Assembly: GCF_003945235.1 (NCBI RefSeq)
Contig: NZ_RSDW01000001.1
Span: 3,330,001 to 3,362,000 of the forward strand
Origin: Edaphobacter aggregans
GTDB lineage: Bacteria > Acidobacteriota > Terriglobia > Terriglobales > Acidobacteriaceae
DNA: 32,000 nt
Direction of reading: 5' to 3'
Below the pieces are notes generated by a model. It was given only the letters and a program-made list of their open reading frames with translations, had not been told where the DNA came from and made no database searches. A program made the position numbers and the translations under genes. This document shows, piece by piece, positions 1 through 7,361 of this stretch; position 1 is the first letter of the stretch, and every line of letters starts with the position of its first letter.

Positions 1-20
1 CCAGGTGCGATCTTTTCTGA

Positions 21-1208
21 GTGCGGTGCGTGATGCCTGAAACGATCGATCAGATATTTGTGATAGTGAAGCATTGGCTCTTGGGCTATGTACCAGTCGA
101 AGTGCAGCCGTTGTTCTCTGCGTTGCTTTCGGTTGTGCCTATCCTCGTAGTGTTTCCACTACTGTTCGCGATTACGACTCTTCTTGAGCGCAAGGGCCTG
201 GGACGAATCCAGAACCGCTACGGTCCAAACCGTACGGGTCCTTATGGCCTTCTTCAACCCATTGCCGATGCTGTGAAATCGCTGACCAAGGAAGATGTTG
301 TTCCTAATACTGCGGATGAGGTGGTGCATTTCCTGGCGCCGTTGTTGCTCGTGTCGGCAGCGCTTCTGGCCTATGCGGTTTTGCCTGTTGGACGGAACAT
401 GATCGTTGCCAATCTGAATGCGGGAGTGCTGTTTTTTTTCGCAGTTGGTTCTCTGGTGGAACTCGCGGTCTTCATGGCTGGTTGGTCCAGCCGAAATAAA
501 TACTCCTTGCTTGGAGCAATGCGCGCTATTGCGCAGATGATCAGTTATGAAGTGCCTTTGGTGCTGGCGTCTATCGTTGTCATTATGGCTGCGGGCTCGC
601 TTTCGACCGTGGCGATTGTAAAGGCGCAGGCTGGTTATGCGGGAATCTGGCCGCACTGGTTTGTCTTTACACCATGGGGATTCGCCGGGTTTGTTCTTTT
701 CATGATTGCAGCGACTGCTGAATCCAATCGTTCGCCATTTGACCTGCCTGAAGGGGAATCTGAAATCATCGCGGGCTATTACATTGAATACTCAGGCTTC
801 AAGTTCGCGCTCTTTTTCCTCGGCGAATACCTTGGCATGTTTGCGACCAGTGGAATGGCGATCACGCTGTTCCTTGGGGGGTGGGCTGCGCCGTTTTCTT
901 TTCTAACCTGGGTTCCATCGTATTTTTGGTTTTTCTCGAAGCTATTGGTGTTGATCGCAGGATTCATCTGGGTCCGCGGCACTCTTCCGCGCTTGCGTAT
1001 GGATCAGCTGATGAACTTTGCATGGAGGTTCATGCTGCCAATGGCGTTGCTCAATATTTTCATCGCCGGGGTTTGGCATTTCATGCCTGCCGGACTTTCG
1101 CGATGGTTGGTATGCATCATTCTGGTTGCTGCTCCTTGCATCTTGTTGAGCCGCGGCCTGAAGAAGGAAAAGAAGCTTCAAGTTCGAACATATCGTTTTG
1201 CCGAATAA
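21..1208 (+). CDS. nuoH: NADH-quinone oxidoreductase subunit H (NuoH/ND1)
   Basis: The ORF is a 395-aa polytopic membrane protein. It carries NuoH hallmark stretches ERKGLGRIQNRYGPNRTGPYGLLQPIADAVK, SRNKYSLLGAMRAIAQMISYEVPL and AESNRSPFDLPEGESEIIAGYYIEYSG. The GTG at 21 directly abuts a TGA at 18-20 that likely ends an upstream, translationally coupled gene. ATG at 33 is an alternative start. Confidence 0.95.
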   Translation: MRCVMPETIDQIFVIVKHWLLGYVPVEVQPLFSALLSVVPILVVFPLLFAITTLLERKGLGRIQNRYGPNRTGPYGLLQPIADAVKSLTKEDVVPNTADEVVHFLAPLLLVSAALLAYAVLPVGRNMIVANLNAGVLFFFAVGSLVELAVFMAGWSSRNKYSLLGAMRAIAQMISYEVPLVLASIVVIMAAGSLSTVAIVKAQAGYAGIWPHWFVFTPWGFAGFVLFMIAATAESNRSPFDLPEGESEIIAGYYIEYSGFKFALFFLGEYLGMFATSGMAITLFLGGWAAPFSFLTWVPSYFWFFSKLLVLIAGFIWVRGTLPRLRMDQLMNFAWRFMLPMALLNIFIAGVWHFMPAGLSRWLVCIILVAAPCILLSRGLKKEKKLQVRTYRFAE

Positions 1209-1238
1209 AGAAATGTGTTGGAGTAGGTCGAGATCGAG

Positions 1239-1739
1239 ATGACAGTAGCCTTCCTCATCCTTGCCGCGCTGACGACCGCTGGAATGGCGGCGGCGATGGG
1301 TCTGCGCAACCTCGTTCATTGCGTACTGGCTTTGACGCTGGGTTTTGCTGGCTTGGCTGCACTGTATCTTCAGCTTGGCGCGCAGTTTGTCGGGTTTACG
1401 CAGATTCTTGTTTATGTTGGAGCGGTGGCAATCCTTGCCGTGTTTGCGATCATGATGACTCAGAGTGCGGGGTCGATGACGCGACCGGTTTTCTCCTCCG
1501 CTTGGTTAACAGGCAGTCTTGTTGCTGGTTCCGTCTTCGCCGTTCTTGCGTGGGCGATTTGTTCCGGCGCGGTGTCACGCAAAATGTTGCCTCCAGAACC
1601 TCAAGCTACCGTCCATCAAATCGGTGACGCACTCATGCATAGGTTTGTTTTGCCGTTGGAGATCATTGGGCTTCTGTTGACTGTTGCGTTGATCGGCGCA
1701 GTCGTCCTCGCGATGCACGGAAAACGGGAGACGCAATGA
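1239..1739 (+). CDS. nuoJ: NADH-quinone oxidoreductase subunit J (NuoJ/ND6)
   Basis: The ORF is a 166-aa hydrophobic protein with the NuoJ-like core LGAQFVGFTQILVYVGAVAILAVFAIMM. It lies between nuoH and nuoK, only 30 bp after the nuoH stop. Confidence 0.85.
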   Translation: MTVAFLILAALTTAGMAAAMGLRNLVHCVLALTLGFAGLAALYLQLGAQFVGFTQILVYVGAVAILAVFAIMMTQSAGSMTRPVFSSAWLTGSLVAGSVFAVLAWAICSGAVSRKMLPPEPQATVHQIGDALMHRFVLPLEIIGLLLTVALIGAVVLAMHGKRETQ

Positions 1740-2047
1740 GCTCGCTTACGAGTTATCTACTCTTGTCCGCCCTCTTGTTTTCTATCGGCTTGGCTGGCGC
1801 GTTAACGCGGCGCAGTGCAATTCTTGTTCTGATTGGAATTGAACTGATGCTCAACGCGGCAAATCTGAACCTCCTCGCATTCTGGCGTTATGGACCGAAT
1901 CCCGCGGCATTGACCGGGATTATGTTCACGATTTTTTCAATCAGTGTTGCGGCAGCAGAAGCGGCGGTTGGATTGGGCCTTATCCTCGCTGTTTACCGGC
2001 ATTCCAGGACGACCGATTTAGACAAGATGAATTCGATGAAAGGTTGA
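1736..2047 (+). CDS. nuoK: NADH-quinone oxidoreductase subunit K (NuoK/ND4L)
   Basis: The ORF encodes 103 aa with three predicted TM helices and the motif IGIELMLNAANLNLLAF. Its start overlaps the nuoJ stop (ATGA), indicating translational coupling. Confidence 0.9.
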   Translation: MSSLTSYLLLSALLFSIGLAGALTRRSAILVLIGIELMLNAANLNLLAFWRYGPNPAALTGIMFTIFSISVAAAEAAVGLGLILAVYRHSRTTDLDKMNSMKG

Positions 2048-2162
2048 GCAACGAATGGACAGACTTGTTCTCTTCTAGAAGACTTGGAAGTCGATAGATA
2101 CTCTGCCGCTGTGGGCATCATCGCAGCTTGATACATTTCTCCCAACCATTCGCTGAGACTCA

Positions 2163-4268
2163 ATGACTTGGATTGTCCAAAACCTGTGGCTGGTGCCGGT
2201 GTTGCCGATCCTTGCGGCGGGGATCAGCGCCTTGACGAAACAGCGCAACCGCACGCTCGCTGCTTCGCTCGCTATCGGCTCCATGGCAGCGTCCTTCCTT
2301 CTTTCACTATGGGCGTTTGTGTATGTGTTTTGGCTCGGCAGTCACGGGGAGAATGTAAGGCAGGTAATCAATGTCCGCTGGTTTCAGTTCGGCAATGAGT
2401 GGTTGAAGATCGGCTGGGTGCTCGATCCTCTGACAGCTGTCATGTTGCTGATGGTAACTTTTGTCGGGCTGCTGATCTTTATCTACAGCGTCGGCTATAT
2501 GGCGCACGACGAGAACTTCACGCGCTTCTTTTGTTTCCTGGCGCTCTTTGCGGGCGCGATGCTTGGCGTCGTTATTGCGAATAGCCTGCTCCTGCTCTTC
2601 ATGTGCTGGGAGGTTGTCGGCCTCACGTCCTATCTGCTCATTAGCTTCTGGTATAGCAATCCAAGAGCGGCGGCAGCAGCGAAAAAGGCCTTTATCGTTA
2701 CGCGTATTGGCGACCTTGCATTTTTTCTCGGGATGGCATGGTTGTACGCCCAGGCTGGCACGCTTCTCTTCTATGATGGCGGTGCTGGATGCCTTGAGCA
2801 ATCCGCGCTCACCCGTCTAGTTGCACAGACGACAACTGTAGGGTTGGCAGCTTCTACGGGCATCGCACTGCTGATCTTCTGCGGTGCAGCGGGTAAATCC
2901 GGCCAGGTTCCCTTGCATGTCTGGTTACCGGATGCAATGGAGGGTCCGACGCCCGTCAGCGCGCTGATTCACGCGGCGACGATGGTTGCGGCGGGAGTAT
3001 TTCTTATCGCACGCATCTATCCGCTGATGAGCGCCCACGTGGGAATGACCATCGCACTCACACCAACCTTGGCGTTACAAGTTGCTACCTGGGTAGGCGC
3101 GATTACCGCCGTTTTCGGTGCGATGATTGCGGTTGCGCAATATGACATCAAGAGAATCCTTGCCTACTCCACCATTTCGCAGCTTGGCTACATGATGATG
3201 GGTCTAGGCGTCGGTGGCGTAGCCGTAGGAATGTTCCATTTGATAACGCACGCCTTTTTCAAGTCACTGCTGTTCCTCGGCGCAGGATCAGTGATTCATG
3301 GCTGCTCCGGCGAGCAGGATGTCCGTCGCATGGGCGGATTAAGAAAATTCATGCCCATCACCTTTGCAACGTACGCGGTGGGGATGCTCGCGCTGTGCGG
3401 ATTCCCATTATTCTTCTCCGGCTTCTGGAGCAAGGACGAAATCCTGCGCGCAGCCCATGCGTGGCGCGTGTCCCAACTGCCGTTTTATATGGGTGCTTTC
3501 GGCGCGTTGCTGACGGCTTTTTACATGGCGCGGCAGGTCTACTATGTGTTCGGCGGCAAGTCGCGTTTGGCAGGAACAGGCCACTTGCACCATGCTGCGG
3601 ATTCCACAGATACAACACCTGCTGCCCCAATCGCCCTGCACGAGAGTGCTGCGGTTATGACGATACCGCTGCTGATTCTTGCTGCGTTTGCCATGCTTCT
3701 CGGATTGATCGGTACACCAGCATGGCCCTGGTTTCAATCCTTCCTCGATGGCAATTCAGCAAAGGTGAATTTTGCAGCATTCTCGGATGCTGGTGTGCTT
3801 CCGGTGATGGCTTTATCTTCTCTTTTGGTCTTTCTCGGCCTCGGCATGGGCTGGTGGTTTTACGGCCGCACACCGATTAAAAATGCTCAAGAACCGGATG
3901 CGCTTGGGCGGCTACAGCCACAGATCTTCGCTGTCTTGGGCCACGCCTTCTACGTGGATGCATTGTATGGAGCGACCATCGTTCGACTAAACGCTTGGTG
4001 GTCCCGTATCTGCGACTGGCTCGACCGATGGGTCTGGAACGGTGCTGTGCAGACTGTGTCTTATCTCGTACTCGGCTTTGCATGGCTGGACAACTTCATT
4101 GATACACGAGTTGTGAATTCTGGCTTCGATGAGGGTTGCAAGGATATCTCGCGCGGTGGCCGGATGCTGTCTCGTCTCCAGGGCGGGCAAGTGCAGAGTT
4201 ATCTTCGAATGATTGGTTTTGCGCTCATCGTGCTTGTGCTATTCCTGCTGTGGGAGGCCAGGGGATGA
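2163..4268 (+). CDS. nuoL: NADH-quinone oxidoreductase subunit L (NuoL/ND5), long form (701 aa)
   Basis: It carries antiporter-like subunit motifs GKSGQVPLHVWLPDAMEGPTPVSALIHAATMVAAGVFL, AYSTISQLGYMMMGLG and HAFFKSLLFLGAGSVIH. TM12 has a lysine (GFWSKDEIL). A long amphipathic C-terminal segment ends in a final TM helix (IGFALIVLVLFLL), as expected for the NuoL lateral helix. Confidence 0.93.
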   Translation: MTWIVQNLWLVPVLPILAAGISALTKQRNRTLAASLAIGSMAASFLLSLWAFVYVFWLGSHGENVRQVINVRWFQFGNEWLKIGWVLDPLTAVMLLMVTFVGLLIFIYSVGYMAHDENFTRFFCFLALFAGAMLGVVIANSLLLLFMCWEVVGLTSYLLISFWYSNPRAAAAAKKAFIVTRIGDLAFFLGMAWLYAQAGTLLFYDGGAGCLEQSALTRLVAQTTTVGLAASTGIALLIFCGAAGKSGQVPLHVWLPDAMEGPTPVSALIHAATMVAAGVFLIARIYPLMSAHVGMTIALTPTLALQVATWVGAITAVFGAMIAVAQYDIKRILAYSTISQLGYMMMGLGVGGVAVGMFHLITHAFFKSLLFLGAGSVIHGCSGEQDVRRMGGLRKFMPITFATYAVGMLALCGFPLFFSGFWSKDEILRAAHAWRVSQLPFYMGAFGALLTAFYMARQVYYVFGGKSRLAGTGHLHHAADSTDTTPAAPIALHESAAVMTIPLLILAAFAMLLGLIGTPAWPWFQSFLDGNSAKVNFAAFSDAGVLPVMALSSLLVFLGLGMGWWFYGRTPIKNAQEPDALGRLQPQIFAVLGHAFYVDALYGATIVRLNAWWSRICDWLDRWVWNGAVQTVSYLVLGFAWLDNFIDTRVVNSGFDEGCKDISRGGRMLSRLQGGQVQSYLRMIGFALIVLVLFLLWEARG

Positions 4269-5821
4269 TCGCTTTTCCATGGATCACTGTCCTGACCATC
4301 GTGCCAGTCGCAGGCGCACTTGTCCTTTTCGGCCTTGGCGGGCGAAGCGCCAATCCCTCGCGTTGGCTGGCTCTGGCCTTCAGTTTTATTGCGCTCGTAC
4401 TGACCCTGATCTTGTGGTGTCACTTTGATTCCGCTTCTGGAAGTCTTCAATTTCAAGAGCGGCACAGCTGGATTTCGACTCTGGGCGTGGAGTATCGCGT
4501 CGGCATCGACGGTCTCGGACTCCTGATGCTATTGCTAACTTCCATTGTTGTCCCCATCGGTATCGCTGCGTCATGGAAGATTCAGGAGAGGGTGCCGCTC
4601 TATTTCTCTCTGGTACTCCTCCTTGAGGCATGTCTGTTCGGCACGTTCACGGCATTGAATTTCTTCCATTGGTTCATCTTCTGGGAACTGAGCCTGATTC
4701 CGGCGTTCTTTCTCATTAAGCTTTGGGGTGGACCACGGAGCACCCCTGCGGCTACACAGTTCCTGATCTACACGATGGTCGGCAGCATTGCGATGTTGCT
4801 GTCATTTCTAGCCATATTTCTGGCGACGAGACAGTTCGATTTCATCGAGCTTGCGGGTCTGGCACGGAACGGTCAGCTTTGGCCGGTCGTGATTGACGGA
4901 TTGGGCTGGCATCGCTTCTCGCCGGATCATGTAGCGTTGCTGATCTTTGCCGGGGCTTTCCTTGGATTCGCTGTTAAAGTGCCGATGGTTCCGTTCCATA
5001 CCTGGCTGCCTTCCGCCTATTCCGAAGCGCCCACAGGCACAACCATTCTTTTGACTGGTGCGATGTCGAAGATGGGACTCTACGGCTTCCTTCGCATTCT
5101 GGTTCCTATCTTCGGTGCAGAGATGCAAGTGGTGCTGACTCCCCTTTTATGGCTCGCTGTGGCGACGGTTGTCCTCTCCGCATACGCTGCGCTTGCGCAG
5201 AAGGATCTGAAGCGCATCTTTGCCTATTCGTCTATCAATCATCTTGGCTACTGTCTGCTGGGAATATTCGCAGTGATGAAATTCACTGGTGGAGATACTG
5301 CGCTTACGGCCGAGAAGTATGCAGCGATGGATGGTGTTCTGCTGCAGATGTTCAATCATGGACTGACTGCTGCAACGCTGTTCTGGTTCGTCGCCATGTT
5401 GGAAGAAAGGAGCGGGGGCGTCCGCGGACTGGATGAGTTTGGTGGTCTGCGCAAAGTGATCCCGGTGTTTACCGGACTCATGGGCATCGCCCTGTTCTCG
5501 TCGCTAGGTCTGCCGGGCTTAAACGGGTTCGTCGGAGAGTTTTTGATCTTCAAGGGATCATTTCCTCTCGTAACGTGGGCCACAGCACTTTCAGTGATCG
5601 GCCTGCTGGTGACAGCAATTTTTATTCTCGGAATTTTGCAGCGTGTTTTCTCAGGGCCGCTCAATGAGAGATGGAGAGCGATGCCAGATCTGACGATGGG
5701 CGAACGGCTGACGTTGGCGCCTGCGATTGGACTGATGTTCGCGCTGGGCCTTTATCCCCAGTTAGTCCTCGGAGTGATTAACAATACGGTGATTCGGATG
5801 GTGCAACAACTAAAGTTTTGA
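4265..5821 (+). CDS. nuoM: NADH-quinone oxidoreductase subunit M (NuoM/ND4), copy 1
   Basis: NuoM motifs are WISTLGVEYRVGIDGLGLLMLLLT, WELSLIPAFFLIKLWGG and FAVKVPMVPFHTWLPSAYSEAPTGTTILLTGAMSKMGLYGFLR, plus the NuoM-specific TM12 Glu (GFVGEFLIF). The track ORF begins at 4136, inside nuoL. The in-frame ATG at 4265 overlaps the nuoL TGA (ATGA) and begins a plausible N-terminus, MIAFPWITVLT. Confidence 0.9.
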   Translation: MIAFPWITVLTIVPVAGALVLFGLGGRSANPSRWLALAFSFIALVLTLILWCHFDSASGSLQFQERHSWISTLGVEYRVGIDGLGLLMLLLTSIVVPIGIAASWKIQERVPLYFSLVLLLEACLFGTFTALNFFHWFIFWELSLIPAFFLIKLWGGPRSTPAATQFLIYTMVGSIAMLLSFLAIFLATRQFDFIELAGLARNGQLWPVVIDGLGWHRFSPDHVALLIFAGAFLGFAVKVPMVPFHTWLPSAYSEAPTGTTILLTGAMSKMGLYGFLRILVPIFGAEMQVVLTPLLWLAVATVVLSAYAALAQKDLKRIFAYSSINHLGYCLLGIFAVMKFTGGDTALTAEKYAAMDGVLLQMFNHGLTAATLFWFVAMLEERSGGVRGLDEFGGLRKVIPVFTGLMGIALFSSLGLPGLNGFVGEFLIFKGSFPLVTWATALSVIGLLVTAIFILGILQRVFSGPLNERWRAMPDLTMGERLTLAPAIGLMFALGLYPQLVLGVINNTVIRMVQQLKF

Positions 5822-5849
5822 TCGACAGGATGAACCAGGCACTCTAACT

Positions 5850-7361
5850 ATGCTCGCGTGGACGATCTACATCTCATTTCTCGGGGCACTTGCTCTCTTG
5901 CTGCTGCCGAAAAACAGCGTGGCCTCCGTGCGCATCCTTGCGCTACTGACAGCGGTCGCTGGCCTTGCGATCACGCTCACAGCCTTTATGCAGCATAGCG
6001 CTGGAGAAATGCTAACGATCACTCGTGTGCCATGGGTTCCATCTCTGGGTATCGAATATCACCTCGCGGCGGACGGAATTAGTCTGACCCTGCTTTTGCT
6101 GACGGGGATTATCGCGATTACCGGCATCCTTTTTTCCTGGAACATCGAACATCGCACGAAGGAATTTTTCGCATTCTATTTAGTGCTCATTGGAGCCGTG
6201 TACGGCGTATTTCTTAGTTATGATTTGTTTCTCCTGTTCGTCTTTTACGAAATCGTTATCATCCCAAAGTATTTTCTAATAGCGATTTGGGGCTCGACAC
6301 GGCGCGAATACGGCGCGATGAAACTAGCGCTCTACTCCTTCATCGGAAGTGCGATGGTGCTCATTGGACTGATCGCAGCGTATGTCGTTGCCGGAGCAAA
6401 GACGATGGCGTTAGAAGACTTGACCCAGTTTCCTTTCCCACTTCATTTTCAAATGTGGGCGTTCCCGTTGGTATTCGTCGGCTTCGCGATTCTTGCAGGC
6501 CTATGGCCTTTTCACACGTGGGCCCCCACCGGTCACGTCGCCGCGCCCACTGCGGCTTCGATGCTGCTCGCAGGCGTGGTGATGAAGCTGGGTGCCTATG
6601 GTTGTCTTCGCGTGGCCATGGTGCTGTTTCCTCTCGGCCTGGGTCCGTGGGGTTTCCATGTGCTCGGCTTCGGTTCATGGCGTGATGTTTTTGCCGTACT
6701 GGCCATCATCGGTATTGTGTATGGCGCGACGGTCGCGCTGGTGCAAAAAGACTTCAAATTCGTCATTGGATATTCGAGCGTAAGCCACATGGGCTTTATC
6801 CTGCTTGGCCTGATGACGTTGAATCAAATCGGACTCTCCGGTGCGGTAATCCAGATGTTCTCGCATGGGATTCTGGCGGGACTACTGTTCGCTGTCGTCG
6901 GGCGAATGGTGTATGACCGCACACACACCCGCGACCTGGCGTCTCTGGGTCCAATGAATCTCAACAAAGTCGTTCCGTTTGCCGCCGCCACTTTTGTCGT
7001 AGCGGGGATGGCCAGTATGGGACTCCCGGGGTTCAGCGGGTTTGTAGCAGAATTGATGATCCTGATTGGCGTGTGGCGTGCGTTTCCCATACTCACTGTC
7101 TGCGTTGGAATCGGGATTGTAGTTGGGATTGCGTATATATGGCGCGCGATGCAAAAAGCATTCTTTGCAGAAGCGAACATCAAATCCACTCCTGCCCAAC
7201 CGCCATTGCTTCCGGTTTCTCTTCCCGAACGACTAGGCGCAATCATCTTGATCGGCGCGAGTATTATCATTGGACTCTATCCCCAGATACTTCTAAATGT
7301 GATTCGTCCAGCGTTGAATTCCCCGCTGTTTGACAACCTGCGCAAAGGTAGTTGGCAATGA
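5850..7361 (+). CDS. nuoM: Second NuoM/ND4-type antiporter-like subunit (NuoM paralogue, copy 2)
   Basis: The 503-aa protein carries WVPSLGIEYHLAADGISLTLLLLT, YEIVIIPKYFLIAIWGS and WPFHTWAPTGHVAAPTAASMLLAGVVMKLGAYGCLR. Its TM12 Glu (GFVAELMIL) is a NuoM trait rather than a NuoN/NuoL trait. It is clearly divergent from copy 1, so it is not an assembly duplicate. Confidence 0.85.
   Translation: MLAWTIYISFLGALALLLLPKNSVASVRILALLTAVAGLAITLTAFMQHSAGEMLTITRVPWVPSLGIEYHLAADGISLTLLLLTGIIAITGILFSWNIEHRTKEFFAFYLVLIGAVYGVFLSYDLFLLFVFYEIVIIPKYFLIAIWGSTRREYGAMKLALYSFIGSAMVLIGLIAAYVVAGAKTMALEDLTQFPFPLHFQMWAFPLVFVGFAILAGLWPFHTWAPTGHVAAPTAASMLLAGVVMKLGAYGCLRVAMVLFPLGLGPWGFHVLGFGSWRDVFAVLAIIGIVYGATVALVQKDFKFVIGYSSVSHMGFILLGLMTLNQIGLSGAVIQMFSHGILAGLLFAVVGRMVYDRTHTRDLASLGPMNLNKVVPFAAATFVVAGMASMGLPGFSGFVAELMILIGVWRAFPILTVCVGIGIVVGIAYIWRAMQKAFFAEANIKSTPAQPPLLPVSLPERLGAIILIGASIIIGLYPQILLNVIRPALNSPLFDNLRKGSWQ

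Noticed and set aside
881-1627. 248-aa + strand ORF overlapping nuoH and nuoJ out of frame, plus several 60-165 aa antisense ORFs across the nuo genes
   Set aside because: These ORFs are Cys/Arg-rich and overlap strongly supported membrane-subunit genes. They have no independent signals.
2075-2284. 69-aa minus-strand ORF in the nuoK-nuoL spacer
   Set aside because: It runs antisense into the nuoL start, has no RBS and has unremarkable composition. The spacer is reported only as a non-coding oddity.
4136-4264. Upstream extension of nuoM (track start at 4136)
   Set aside because: The 43 extra codons lie inside nuoL and encode non-membrane-like sequence (MQGYLARWPDAVSSPGRAS...). The ATG at 4265 gives an ATGA stop/start overlap and a normal NuoM N-terminus.
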